Assembly: GCA_038087875.1 (NCBI GenBank)
Contig: JAXLNO010001451.1
Coordinates: 124,001-185,565 of the forward strand
Direction: 5' to 3'
Length of the DNA: 61,565 bases
Source: Malacoraja senta
Lineage: Eukaryota
Within the stretch, counting starts at the first letter, position 1. Each line of letters opens with the position of its first letter. This document shows, piece after piece, positions 23,040 through 36,006 of the stretch. The notes beneath the pieces are model-generated. The model saw only the letters and a list, made by a program, of their open reading frames with translations, was not told where the DNA came from and ran no database searches. The position numbers were made by a program, and so were the translations under genes.

Positions 23040-23445
23040 GATGGACTGTAAAGGTGTTGGGCCGGAAAATTAAAGTTATGAAGACAGAATTAATAAAAGA
23101 GTAAAATTATGGCGAACCTTGACAGAGTGAAAGGGAAGAGCCTATTTCTATTAGCTGAGGGGTCAAAACCAGGAGACATAGTTTTAAAGTAACTAGTGCA
23201 AGGGAAAATTAAAAAGAAAATAACCCGAGGGTGGTAACGGTATGGAAGCCACTCTCTGAAAAGGTTGCAATGATAAAAACTTGATTCGCATTTGAAAGGC
23301 ACTGGATGCATACTTGAAGAATCTGACACACAGGTCTACAGACCAAGTGATGGGAGGCAAGATTAGGCCGGGGAACATTTTGTCTGCCACAGATATGATG
23401 GGCTGAATGAATTCTTTCAGTATCATAACTTTTCTATGATTGTAT
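23040..23445 (+). mobile_element. Old CR1 3' fragment
   Basis: gggtcaaaaccaggagacatagttttaaag...gatgggctgaatgaattctttcag...ttctatgattgtatga. Confidence 0.7.
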
Positions 23446-23869
23446 GAAAATAAGCTAAATACATCAAACTAATGCCATATTTGCAGATGATGCAAGAATA
23501 ATCTTGATAAGGGAAATCAGCTTTTTTTTAAAAGTGAATTACAAGAATTACTTAATTTCTTGACTATTTAATTAATTGTTTCTTTGCTCTTCAACTTTAT
23601 ATTTTGATTTTGCTATCAGTCATGAAATTAGTAAGCAGAAGTAATTTTAATTGTGGTCTGCTTTCACATTTTTCTCCTATACGCCTCTCAAAATATGTTT
23701 GCTGCCTTGTGATCTTATTTATCAATTGTTAATTGATTATTTTCATATCAACCTTGATTATGATTGTTGTCAAATAAGGTGGGTTGGTGTGTTTTGACTG
23801 ACCCTGATGTTGCCTCTGTATTTTTCCTTCATCATTTCTTTCCCTCTTCATTTCCTTTACCCTCTTTGT

Positions 23870-24510
23870 TTGTTTGTTTGCCTGTCTGTCTCTCTCTCGC
23901 ACTTCCTGTTTATGTGTGTCTGCACTTCAGTGTGCCTCCGCCTCTATGTCTATCTCTGTCTCTGTATATCCTGGACTCAATGTCTCTGCTTCAATTGCTG
24001 TCATGCGTTACTGCTCTTGTCTTTGTCTCTTCCTCTGTCTGTCTGCCTCTGTTTGCNNNNNNNNNNNNNNNNNNNNNNNNNNNNNNNNNNNNNNNNNNNN
24101 NNNNNNNNNNNNNNNNNNNNNNNNNNNNNNNNNNNNNNNNNNNNNNNNNNNNNNNNNNNNNNNNNNNNNNNNNNNNNNNNNNNNNCTCCCTCTGTCCCTC
24201 TCCCTCTTCCTCTTTCTCCGTCCCCTCTCCCTCAATCCTGCCTCTCCTCTCTCCCCCTTCTCTCTCTCTGCTCTCTCCCCTTTTCTCTCTATCTGCTCTC
24301 TCCCCTCTGCTCTCTCCCCTCTGCTCCCTCCCCTCCGGGACTTCCCTCCGCCTCTCTCCACTACGCCTCTCTCCCCTCCGCCTATCGCCCCTCCACCGCT
24401 CTCTGTCTACCTCTTTCTCTCTCTGCCTCTCTCTCTCTCTCCGCCTCTCTCTCCGCCTAACTGCCTGCCTCTCTCTGCCCCTCTCTCTCTGCCTGCCTCT
24501 CTCTGCGTCT
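23870..24510. repeat. CT-rich low-complexity/microsatellite region surrounding an assembly gap
   Basis: Polypyrimidine runs on both sides of the N run. Confidence 0.9.
24057..24185. other. Assembly gap (129 N)
   Basis: Run of n. Confidence 0.99.
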
Positions 24511-24849
24511 CATTGATTTTGCTTTCAGTTGGCCTTTCACCATCCCTCCTCACACAATCCTCTCCCAACCCTTTGATCCCCAGGCCACTACCACCATCAC
24601 GATCTGTAATAATAAAGATCTTTAATTGTGTCATTTTTAATAATACTGCTGGTATACAAACTGAGGGCTGATTAATTGTAAATCTTTGGCATTGTTGCAA
24701 CTGCGAAGCTCTTCTCATTGCTTCATAAAACCAAACATTTTTATTTCAGATGAAGGGAAAGCTGTAGATTTAAAGAAGAATTCAAAGCAGTAGAGCCAAT
24801 TAGAAATTTGGATAATTGTAAGCAAAGTATGCAGACAGCAATAGAAAGT

Positions 24850-25272
24850 TTACCACTGGCCAGTCCATCTCCGGCTCTAACCTCCCCACCATCGAAGGGA
24901 TCTATCAAAGACGCTGCCTCAAAAAGGCAGCCAACATCATCAAAGATCCACACTATCCTGGCCACACACTCATTTCACCATCAGGAAGAAGCCTGAAAAC
25001 TGTAACGCCCAGGTTCAGGAACAGCTACTTCCCTACAGCCATCAGGCTATTAAACACGACAACAAATAAGCTCTGAACTACAACAGACTTATTATTATTG
25101 CACTATATTTGTTTATTTATTGAGTATGTGTGCATGTCTATATATATGCACACTTAACTTTTTTTTCTCGTTATGTACTATGTTTACATATTCTGTTGTG
25201 CTGCAGCAAGAAAGAATTTCATTGTCCTATCTGGGACATATGACAATAAAACACTCTTGACTCTCTCTCGAC
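24850..25272 (+). mobile_element. Rex1/Babar-like LINE 3' fragment
   Basis: cgctgcctcaaaaaggcagccaacatcatcaaaga...accaggttcaggaacagc-like body; 3' GAATTTCATTGTCC..GGGACATATGACAATAAA. Confidence 0.68.
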
Positions 25273-26654
25273 TTTAATGCTGTTAGTGCACAAATTCATA
25301 TTGAAGAGAAATGAAAACGAATGGTATAATTAGATGGATGAATTATTGGCACAAATAGAGATAAATGAGTTTGATCAAATAGTAATTGTAGGGACTCGAT
25401 GGTGGTGTGATCAAAGTTGGGAATTACATTTTTAGGATACTTGACATTTAGAAAGAGCACATAAAGTGGAAAACAAAACCAAGTCTCAGGTGGGGTTGAG
25501 TGTGCTAGTCCAACTAATAAAGAATTACTTAAAGGCAGTAGTAATTTTGACTTTAGAAGAATAGGATATAGAAATAGCATGGTGATGATAAGAGATAATA
25601 AGAAGCAAAAAAACACTGAAAGGAGGAAACCGGTCATTATTGGACAAAATATTAATAAACAATTTAGAAATTCTTCAGCAATGGTAATAAAGTAATTTTC
25701 AGGTATTTTAATATTCTATAGACTACAAATCATAATTGCAACAATAGTTTGAGCGATGAGTTTATGGGATGCACATATTTTCTTTGAGCAATACATCATA
25801 GAACCAACATGGAAATATTGTCTTGTATGATGAAATGGTTAATTGCTAATCTCATTATAAGAAATCCTTCGAGAAAGTGATCACAATAAGATGGAATTGA
25901 GTATTGCAAGTGATATAATCCAGTCAGAAACTAGTCTTGAACGTAAATAAATCCAATGATTATATGGATTTGAAGGGCAAAATGACTAAGATAGTTGGGA
26001 AGCATTTAAATAAATATTTCTCAATTCGCAACAAAAGTATATTCTTACGAAGAGGCAAAATTTGAAAAGGGAAACTGATCCACATATAGTTAACTAAAGA
26101 GGGACTGGATAGGATAAGATAGAAATAAGTATATTTTTGTGAAGAATAACATGCTTAATGATTGAGAAAACTAGAAATTGTTGATGAATGACTAATGAAA
26201 AGAAGAGGAATGTGCAGAGAAGAAGGTGCTTGGAAAGCTGAAAGGTCGAAAGGTGGATGAGTCACCTGGACCTGATGCATTACACTCCACGGTTTTGAAA
26301 GAGTTACCTGTAGAGATTGTGGAGGCATTAGCAGAGATCCTTCAAGAATCACTAGAATCAGGAATGATTCCAGAGAACTGGAAAATAGCAAATGTGACCA
26401 CTGTTTAGGGTCAGAGAGCAAAGAAAGGAAATTATAGGCCAGTTAGTCTGACTTCTGTGGTGGATAAAATTCAAAGTCCATTATTAAGGATGAGGTTTTG
26501 GGGTACTTGGAAGCGCATGATAACATAGGCTGGTCGGCATAGTGTTGTTAAGGGGAGATCTTGCTGGACGAATCTGTTGAAGTTTTTTGAGAAGGTAATA
26601 AGCAGCATAGACAGAGGAGAGTAGGTGGATGTTCTTCACTTGGATTTTCAGAAT

Positions 26655-27040
26655 GGGCCATTTTTAGTGACCAAAATATGAAAAATTGTGGAATACATCT
26701 CTGAAAGCATTACAGGAATATTGTTTTGTACTGTATATATGATTCATATTTTTTTTCGAAGTTTATCGTGAAATTTTTATGTTATGCTGACAATGTTTTT
26801 TTCGGGTCAGAGGGAAAATATTACTCGTCACGTGTGTGACCTCACACGGAAGCATTTCATTCGTAAGTTTTATCTTACATACTCGGTGAATTTAAAAAAA
26901 ATTAAAAATTATAGTTCTGTAGGTAGGAAAATAGCAATGAATAAGATTAATCTCTTACAATAATTTTTTAATGTATTACTTTATGTGATGACATCTGGTC
27001 ACATGTGTGACATTTTGGTTCACTTTCCAAAGAATGGCCC
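26655..27040. mobile_element. MITE with GGGCCATT terminal inverted repeats inserted in CR1 RT
   Basis: Left GGGCCATTTTTAGTGACCAAAAT, right ATTTTGGTTCACTTTCCAAAGAATGGCCC; splits the CR1 LDFQK/DKVP junction; no clean TSD. Confidence 0.7.
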
Positions 27041-27373
27041 TGATAAGGTTCCGCGCGTGAAGCTGCTAAATGAGATAGGAGCTCATGGTACTAGAGGTGA
27101 GATACTAGCATGGATAGAAGATTGGCTGACTGGCAGAAGGCAGTGGGAAAAATGGGGCCCTTTTCTGGTTGGCTGCCCGTGACTAGTTGGGTCTGCTACT
27201 TTTCACATTATATGTTAATGATCTGGATGAGGGAATTGGTGGAAAGAATAAAAGCATAGACTACTTTCAAAATGGGGAGAGGATTTAGAAATCAGAGGTG
27301 CAAAGCGACTTGGGAGTGCTGGTGCAGTATTCTCAAAAGATTAATTTGCAGGTTGAGTCAGCAGTAAGGAAGG

Positions 27374-27554
27374 ATATTCAATGGATATTTTTAAGGCAGA
27401 GATAGATAGATTCTTGATTAGTATAGATGTCAGGGGTTATGGGGATAAGGCAGGAGAATGAGGCTCGGACGAAGAGATAAATCAGCCTGGATTGAATGGC
27501 GGAGTAGACTTGATGGGTGAATGGCCTAATTCTGCACCTATCAAGTGACCGCAT
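27374..27554 (+). mobile_element. Short CR1 3' end nested in CR1
   Basis: CR1 3' UTR sequence flanked by GAAGG direct repeats; host resumes at GAAGGCAAATGCAATG. Confidence 0.72.
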
Positions 27555-30369
27555 GAAGGCAAATGCAATGTTAGCATTTATTTTGTTTGTGGACTAGAAT
27601 GTAAAAGCAAGGATGTAATGCTGAGGCTTTAGCAGGCACTGGTGAGGCCACATTTGGAATAATTTGAGTATTTTGGGTCCCATATCGGAGGACGGATGTG
27701 CTGGCTTTGGAGAGAATCCAGAGGAGATCCCGGGGATGATTGGGTTTACGTATGAGGAGTATTTGAAGGGTCTTGGCCTGTACTCGCTGAAGTTTAGAAA
27801 GATTGGGGGGGGGGGGCGGAGGGGGGAGGATCTCATTGAAACCTACCAGACAATGAAAGGCATAGATAGAGTAGATGTGGAAGAATGTTTCCAGTAATGG
27901 GAGAGTCCAGAGCCAGTGGGCACAGCCTCACAATAAAAGGTTGTACCTTCAAAATGGAGATGAGGAGGAATTTCTTTAGCCAGCGGGTGGTGAATCTGTG
28001 GAATTAATTGCCACAGACAGCTGTGGAGGCTGTTGTGGGTATTTTTAAGACAGAGATTGATAAGTTCTTGATTAGGAAGGGTGTCAAAGGTTACGGGAAG
28101 AAGGCAGGAGAATGGGGTTGAGAGGGAAAAATAGATCAGTCATGATTGAATGGTGGAGTAAGCTCAGTGGGCTGAATGGCCTAATTCGGCTCCTATGTCT
28201 TATGGTCTTATACCAGGCTGTGAGTTTACAGGTTGTGCTGGAATAGAGTCGGCTATGCTGCTGATGCCAACATCATTTTCCTTTAGCATAATTGTAGTGC
28301 AACCCGAAGCATTGTGGAGAATGTCCTCAGGCTGAAGTTCAGACTTCTTTTCTGCAAGGACTGTGCCAAGATTGCTTCTAGCAATGCTATCATAGAAAGG
28401 ATGCATTTTCATTAGGTGGATTAGTGCGGAAAAACTCAATTAGGTTTCCCTACTCAAGTATAGTCAACATCTGCTCCAGACCCAGCCTGGCATTTACATC
28501 CTTCAGGACTTGGTCAGTAGTGATTCACTCTTGATGTTGGACGTTGATATGTCAAATCCAGAGAACATGCTGAATCGTGGCTACTTACATTATCTCATTC
28601 AAGTTTTGATCAACATGTAGGAATACTACTCCGTCAGTTGAGGGAGGAGAACAGGAAGCATTTAACAGGAGATTTCTGTATCTGTGTAAGTGTGACACTT
28701 CAGGGGGTCTGGATGTGATGATCAATACTCCCAGAGAATTCTCTTGTGTAAACTGATATATGAATCATCTGAGGAAGTACCTAAACATATATTTGTAAAA
28801 ACATTTCAATTTGTATAATATTCACACTAAAATGATAGAGCAGTTATATTCATTTTTGGTTGCCATGATATAAATTGTAAGTATGCATTTGAATTGGGGG
28901 AGAGCAAAATTTGATTTTTGAAGTTAGAATCAGGAACTTAGCGGTCACGCAACATAGTTGAGGGTGAAGAACGGACGATGTTTTGGATCGGAACCCTTCT
29001 TCAGATTGTTCTTTTCCCTTGCAGATGCCACCTGACCTGCTTAGTTCCTCGACCAGTTTGTTTTATATTCAAGATTCTAGCATCTTTAGGTACTTGTGCC
29101 TCCAAAATAAGAACAGGCTTGGTGTTCGAGAGGGATCTCAGGGATGAAGTGTTGTTTTTGTCTAAAACTGCTTGAAAACTGAAGCGTGCAGCTACGTAGG
29201 GTGTTGTAATACTATTTTCTCTTTTTTAAAAATATCTCATTACATACAATAATAAGTTACTATTATTATTATTATTCAGTCAAGTGCTGTTGATAACCAC
29301 ACAGTCTTTGAGAATAAATCTTGTGTAATTTCTGAGTATGAGGTGAATCTTCCAATTTAAATGTTAAACATAAATTGTATAAGAGAAATCGTAACTAACA
29401 TTTAAACAATTTGGCTGTTTGTTTATTAATTGGCATGGAGCTGGTAAAATAGTGGAGTTGTGGAAAGAAAAGTACACGAGAATCGCGCAGATCAGGAAAT
29501 ATGAGCCAGTAGGTCGTGTCTTATGTTTGGAACATTCAGCTGAAACCAAGTCACAGTTTTCTAATATAGAAAGATTGTTGACCATTCACAGTGAACTGAA
29601 TCTTCATAGTGCTTCATTCACTGCAGCTGTGCTATTCAGAAGGCTATTCACCTACTTGTCAGTTATCTCTGCAGGCAACTCCTGAGACAGGCTGGGATTT
29701 AGAATGCTGTTACAGTCACACAAAGATTTGAATGAGAGTACTGAAAAGTATTGGTCCTCAATGAGAACTAGTATTGTACTTGGATCAGTGAAGGTTAATA
29801 TGCAGGTTCAACAAGCAATTAAGAAAAGAAAGAGTGCGTTGGTCTTTATTGTAAGAGAATTTGACTACAAGAGTAAACATGTCTTTCCCCAAATATCTCA
29901 TCTCCCAGGTGATGGCAAGGTGAACTTTGATGTAGTGACCTGAGATCTATTTTGGCCTGAGATCTTTGTGTAGTTTCCACCTGTATCTCAATGGAAGCAT
30001 ATCTCTTCTGCAGCCGCTTGTCTGTACGTGTGTCAATGTTGCCTGGGACTGAGGTGTACACCGCTTCCAGATATAAATGGTCCATTCCTGGCTTCACACA
30101 AACTTCTGAAAGAGGTTGGAGATGGATTCTCCTTATACCCTTTAACATATCTGCATTAAACATTTTCAAAAGCATCTTTAGCAGCTTTCCCGTTAAAGAT
30201 TTATTAGTTTCATCATACTTTCAGTGCAAGTGCAGTTGAATAGGCTGAAGCATTTTGTGGATATATTTTTTAATTTTTAAACGTGAAAGCTGATAAAGAT
30301 GCTTTTAGGGTGAATCTTATGGGCCAAATCACATAAGACGGTCAAAATTTATCGAATTACATCACTTCA

Positions 30370-30668
30370 CTTTGGAGATACAGCGTGGAAACAGGCCCTT
30401 CGGCCCACCGAGTCCATGCCAACCAGCGAACACCGTGTATGCTAACACTATCCTACACACTAGAGACAGTTTTACAATTTTTACCGAGGACAATTAACTT
30501 ACAAACCTGGAGGTCTTTCGAGTGTGGGAGTTATGCATCCAGAGAAAATCCACACGATCACAAAGAGAACTTACAAAGTCCTTACAGACAGCACCCACAG
30601 TCAGGATCGAACCCGGGTCTCTGGTGCAGTAAGTCAGGAACTCTACCGCTGTACTACTGTGCTGCCCT
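30370..30668 (-). mobile_element. tRNA-derived V-SINE
   Basis: On minus strand: box A-like TAGTACAGCGGTAGAG, box B GGTTCGATCC, V-domain, CR1-like tail gccgaagggcctgtttccacgctgtatctc. Confidence 0.82.
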
Positions 30669-32819
30669 GGAGAAGTCTGAAGAGGTGTCCTGATCCAAAA
30701 TATAGTCTGGCCTTTTCCTTGACTCGCTGAGTTCCTCCAGCACTTTTTTTTGCTCAAGATTCCAGCAATCTCTTTGTGATCTAATTTAAGGCATTTCAAA
30801 CTTTTATTATACTCTGCTCATTGCCTCTTGACATTTAGCTTTCTCCAGAATTTAGAAACACACTTTGGGAACAGAACCATGAATTGCCCTACTCTATCCC
30901 AACTAACTGTTGACAGGTTCTTGCTTGTAAAAAAATATATTTTTTAAAGAAAGGAACATTAATTTATTTTTGTTACTGTCTTTGAAAGGGTTTTTTTCTT
31001 TGTCTTGCTTCTCTTTCAAGTACATTCCATTATTTAACCATTGCCTTCTACGTCTTATCTTCTGAAATCCAGCCATCCATGTTTGCACTTTGCAATTGAT
31101 AATGATAATTTGCAGACTATTACAACAGAGAAGACGATGGCCTAGATTTTCTGGTCGTAATGGATAGCTGACTATTTGCATTACACTGAAATTCTTTCTG
31201 TTTTTTTCTGTAAACTAAGGCTCTAAAAATGTTACACTTTGTTGTGTGAGGGACATGTTAATTTTTAATCTTGCATTGAGTCATAACTACTACAAACTCT
31301 GGAGACCTAAAAATCATATTTTATGTATGCGGGTTGTACTTCTACAGGATAAATACATTTTAGAAATGTATTAAAAATTTGTCATTTTTACTTCTACCTT
31401 CAGTTTTTGTGGAAGAAATATCCTTTCCAAAAGAAAATAACTTTCATACACTGATATTGAATGAGAATACTACTAGAGTTGCATCTCTCAAACATGGCAA
31501 TCTGTACTTTCAGTCAGAGTCTTTTTTAATCACATACGTTTGTGAAATAATTCGCAGAATGAGTAAAGAATAAACATATTTAATTCTTAAAATGTTGGTT
31601 TCATAGAGAATCATATAAATAATATTTTTATAAGCCCACTGTGGAAGAAGTGTATATTAAAATCTACTTCTCGTCTTTCAGTAAAATCTGAACAGGTTGC
31701 TGTTAGTCTGTATGCTTTGCTAATTTCTTGAGTGAAGCGTGGGCCTTATTTGTTTTTTTTTACTTTATCCTGGTTTGACCCTCAGTTCATGTTTGAACTA
31801 GCAATATTTTATTAGCAATCATTTTCTGATAAAGATATGTAAAGGTTATTAAACAGACTTTGTTGTGATTCTTAATTATTTGTCAATATATTGAGGTGGA
31901 ATATTTGTTTTAACGGGTGAGTCATTAATTATTAGAGCTAGTATTGAATTTATAGTGAGCATAAACTGAGCCTAATTAATGTCTGAAAAAATAAACATTT
32001 ATAACTAGTAAACATTAGATGTGAGCTTATTTGAAATAAAGTGAACTATCTACACTGTAAACAAAATCTATGTGTAATTGCCTGCAGGACAATATATACT
32101 TAAATTCAGTGCAATGCCTAAATTTAGGATTGATATCCATAATGTACTTTCAGGTAGTACGTGAAAAGTATTTAATAATAATGAAACACTGAGATATTGT
32201 CCTGCTTAAATGTTCTTTTGGGTGTTGATCTCATTCATCAATGTCGGCAGACCCTATTCTCATTAAATCCAATTTAACAAAAAAGACTTAATTTCCTTAA
32301 GAGGACAAGACACTTGATTCAATTTAATACACGCTGCTGAGAAGTTTAATCTATTGCTTTCATCTGTGAAGACCTTTACTGGATTGAGAGACACTTTTCA
32401 GCATGTCTTTTTACAATTAGAAGTATGAATTGCTGCTCAGTTTTAGATTTTCATTTACTTCGAATATTTTTTCACTCAAATTCCATATAATAACATTGTT
32501 ATTACAAAGCTTTGAAAATTATTTTATGCACCCCAGCATTGTTGTTAATAAAATGTTGATTGGCAATTTTGATATGAGATATTCCTTCACAAATTAATGT
32601 ATTTCCTTTTCTTTTATGGTGGGGCTGTTTCCTAAATTGCATGCTGAGAACCTAAAGATCATTGCATTTCACATTTTGCACCACTGATCACCTGGGTTAC
32701 TAATTTCTCATTCTTGATGTATTTAAGAATGAATTCTTCAACAAACATGAAGGGCGTGCATAGAAGATATAACAAAAGCTTCTACTTTTCAAATGTCTTT
32801 TTCCATTCTGAATGCAGTT

Positions 32820-33627
32820 TTGTGAGGTTATCCACTTTGGCGGCAAAAACAAGGGGGCAGATTATTATCTCAATGTGGTTAGGGTAGGTAAGGGGGAGGT
32901 ACAGCGAGACCTGGGTGTCCTTGTACACCGGTCACTGAAAGTTGGAGTGCAGGTACAGCAGGCAGTGAAGAAAGCTAATGGAATGTTGGCCTTCATAACA
33001 AGAGGATTTCAGTATAGGAGTAAAGAGGTTCTTCTGCAGTTGTATAGGGCTCTGGTGAGACCACATCTGGAGTATTGTGTACAGTTTTGGTCTCCTAATT
33101 TGAGGAAGGACATCCTTGTGATTGAGGCAGTGCAGCGTAGGTTCACGAGATTGATCCCTGGGATGGCGGGACTGACATATGAGGAAAGATTGAAAAGACT
33201 AGGCTTGTACTCACTGGAGTTTAGAAGGATGAGGGGTTATCTTATAGAAACATATAAAATTATAAAAGGACTGGACAAGCTAGATGCAGGAAAAATGTTC
33301 CCAATGTTGGGCGAGTCCAGAACCAGGGGCCACAGTCTTAGAATAAAGGGGAGGTCATTTAAGACTGAGGTGAGAAAAAACTTTTTCACCCAGAGAGTTG
33401 TGAATTTATGGAATTCCCTGCCACAGAGGGCAGTGGAGGCCAAATCACTGGATGGATTTAAGAGAGAGTTAGATAGAGCTCTAGGGGCTAGTGGAGTCAA
33501 GGGATATGGGGAGAAGGCAGGCACGGGTTATTGATTGGGGACGATCAGCCATGATCACATTGAATGGCGGTGCTGGCTCGAAGGGCCGAATGGCCTCCTC
33601 CTGCACCTATTATCTATGTTTCTATGT
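32820..33627 (+). mobile_element. Young CR1 3' fragment with open RT C-terminal ORF (32812-33534)
   Basis: LYRALVRPHLEYCVQFWSP, TRGHSLRI, FFTQRVVNLWNSLP; 3' hairpin GGCC-GAAT-GGCC and TTTCTATG tail. Confidence 0.95.
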
Positions 33628-33659
33628 TTAAAAAAAGCAATAAATCTGTTGCAAGAAAC

Positions 33660-33960
33660 AATAGTGGCGCAGCGGTAAATTTCTGCCTTACAGCACTTAC
33701 AGCGTCAGAGCCCAAGGTTCGATCCCGACACGGGTGCTATCTGTACGGAGTTTGTACGTTTTCCTTGTGACCACGTGGGTTTTCTCCGAGATATTTGGTT
33801 TCCTCCCACACTTCAGAGACGTACAGGTCTGTAAGTTAATTGGCTTGATATGAATGTAATATTGTCCCCAGTGTGTGTAGGATAGTGTTAATGTGTGGGG
33901 ATTGCTGGTCGGTGGTGCGAAGGACCTGTTTCTGCGTTGTATCTCTCAACTAAACTAAAC
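33660..33960 (+). mobile_element. tRNA-derived V-SINE
   Basis: TGGCGCAGCGG box A, GGTTCGATCCC box B, V-domain ctgtacggagtttgtacgttttcc, (CTAAA)n tail. Confidence 0.85.
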
Positions 33961-34289
33961 GGTGTGCCTGTTATGCCTAATCGGAATTTTAAGCAGAAAA
34001 AATGATTTGGGGATAACGTTAACATTATAAATGAAATATAGCAAATAATGTAAAAATATCAGGTAAAGATTGAAAAGTAAAAGGAGTCGAACAACATCAA
34101 TAGTTTCTGTTTTTGGTGTTTCTTTTACATGGTGTACTTCACTCTGAATTGGAACTGTGAACCAGAGTCATACTTTGCATATGTTATCTTCTAGATTTTA
34201 TCCTATTTATCTTTAATTTATAAACTTGACTCATGGGATTAATTTCCGGGTTTACCACAAAAATAAGATTTAAGAATTATTGACAGTGC

Positions 34290-34580
34290 TGTGGCGTCAC
34301 CTGATGATCAGACCACTTACTGTCAAACCCGCATCAGTGGTTACGAGGACTGTCACGTGACGTCATGGGTTAAGGGGAGTGTCCTGCTACATGAGCAGAT
34401 CTTACCTAGAGATTGTTAGTCAACAGGTAGCTGAGTTCGAGTCAACACCCCCGCTCAGCAGCAGCAGCAATGACTCTTATGTTAGAGAATCCTGAACGCA
34501 CATGTATATTAAACTTATTTCACCGAATAAAGTAACCATTTAATCACAAAGTTTGGACTCGCTACATTGGTGACCCGTGA
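34290..34580 (+). mobile_element. LTR (TG...CA, 277 bp) with primer-binding site; Gypsy-like 5' end
   Basis: TGTGGCG...CGCTACA inverted termini (34290-34566), AATAAA near 34526, then T-TGGTGACCC matching the first 9 nt of a tRNA-Trp PBS. Confidence 0.75.
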
Positions 34581-34689
34581 CGATCATTCATAACATAATT
34601 CACTATGTTAATAGGCTTTTTTTCATGCGTTTTGCCCTACTAAAAACAACACAGCATTTTAAATGATTGTGGCATTTTGATTCTATTCA

Positions 34690-35625
34690 TAAATTACATT
34701 ATTGAAGTTGTTAAATCTACCACAAGACTGTTTGCAGACGACTGCATCATATATAAAGCAATCAATTCTCAAGAGGATGAAATTTCTCTTTTGTTTGACC
34801 TCACAAGCCTTGTTAACTGGTCCAAAGAATGGGGCGTGCGTTTTAATGCATCAAAATGTAAAGTGATGAGGGTGTCCTGGAAACGTAAACCATGATCGGC
34901 AAAGTATTCTATGCTTGGCGAAACCTTACAGGAAGTCACTGAAGAGAAATATCTCGGTGTCTTTATACAAAACAACCTGAAGTGGGATAAGCAGTCACAT
35001 TATGCTGCAAACAAAGCCACGAAGATGCTCAACTTCCACCATTGTTCTAAAACTGTAAAAAAAAAAATTGTACCAAACCATAGTCCAACTGCACTTGGAG
35101 TATGTTTCTGCTGCTTGGAACCCCGGTACCAAGAAAAATAAAGATGTTCTTCAAAATGTTCAATGAAGAGCAGCCCGGTTTGTGTGCGGCGACTTCAAAT
35201 GACAATCCAGTGTAACCAAAATGCTCACCGACTTAAATTGGGACTCCCTTGAAACCAGTCGCCAGATGTTTAGAATAACTACCCTTCACAAGATCATCAA
35301 CCAGGACATCGACCTCGACACTGACTTATACGTCAAAGAGAAAACAACAAGATCTAGAAGAAGCCACAACAAGCTACTTATAGTGCAACAACACACATCT
35401 ACTCCCTACATCCAGTCTTTTTTCCCTGAAGCAATTTCCCTCTGGAATGCTCTCCCATTCTGCTCTCACGGAATGTCTCTGTTGACATGCCCACCTATGC
35501 AACTTTCAAGACCTCCATCCAGGCCCACAGACTGCACATCCCCCGCTAGACCAGACCCACTCTCGTCAACTTCCAGTATAGTTCCTGGTGGACTCTTCGG
35601 AAGTGATGACCACAAGGTACAAGGC
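34690..35625 (+). mobile_element. Divergent CR1-group LINE RT/3' fragment
   Basis: RLFADDCIIY, W.KEWG.RFNASKCKVM, L.WDSLETSR, SFFPEAISLWNALP; CAAGGTACAAGG tail. Confidence 0.82.
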
Positions 35626-36006
35626 ATATTTCTATAAGGGCACAGATAACTGTCGTCTTTGCAGTATTTCTTCTTTCTCTTTTCATTTCAACGTGGCTGC
35701 TCCCAGCTTCTTTGATGCTGCTTTTTGCCAATAACTTTGATTTCAGTGGATTCAAATTTCACCTTAGGGTGTCATACATGCACTCTAGGTAATTTACTGG
35801 AAAACTTGAAGTCCCATCATTTGCAGAGCATTTTGGAAATTTCCACCCTCAGTACCACTTCATTGTTTAGCACTGTGCCCGGCAGCATAATGACTGCAAA
35901 TGGCAGGCAACTGAACGGATATAGTGAACATCCCATCCAATATTTTATCTGGAATCGCATCAATTAACCAAAATACACATAATTTAATTAAAGTTGTTTA
36001 ACCATA

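Larger units (their letters stand above)
25630..28210 (+). mobile_element. Degraded CR1 ORF2 to 3' UTR, with nested MITE and nested CR1 3' end
   Basis: SPGPDALH..VLKE, WKIANVT, DKVP..KLL, LGLYSL motifs; 3' UTR gggctgaatggcctaattcggctcctatgtcttatgg. Confidence 0.88.

Noticed and set aside
23764-24718. Long Leu/Ser/Pro-rich ORFs
   Set aside because: Low-complexity CT repeats read through an N gap
30590-30668. tRNA genes (also 33660-33730)
   Set aside because: A/B boxes are SINE heads continuing into the V-domain; no cloverleaf
32812-33534. Intact 240-aa ORF as a host or domesticated gene
   Set aside because: 5'-truncated CR1 RT C-terminus; the ATG comes from flanking DNA and the catalytic motifs are missing
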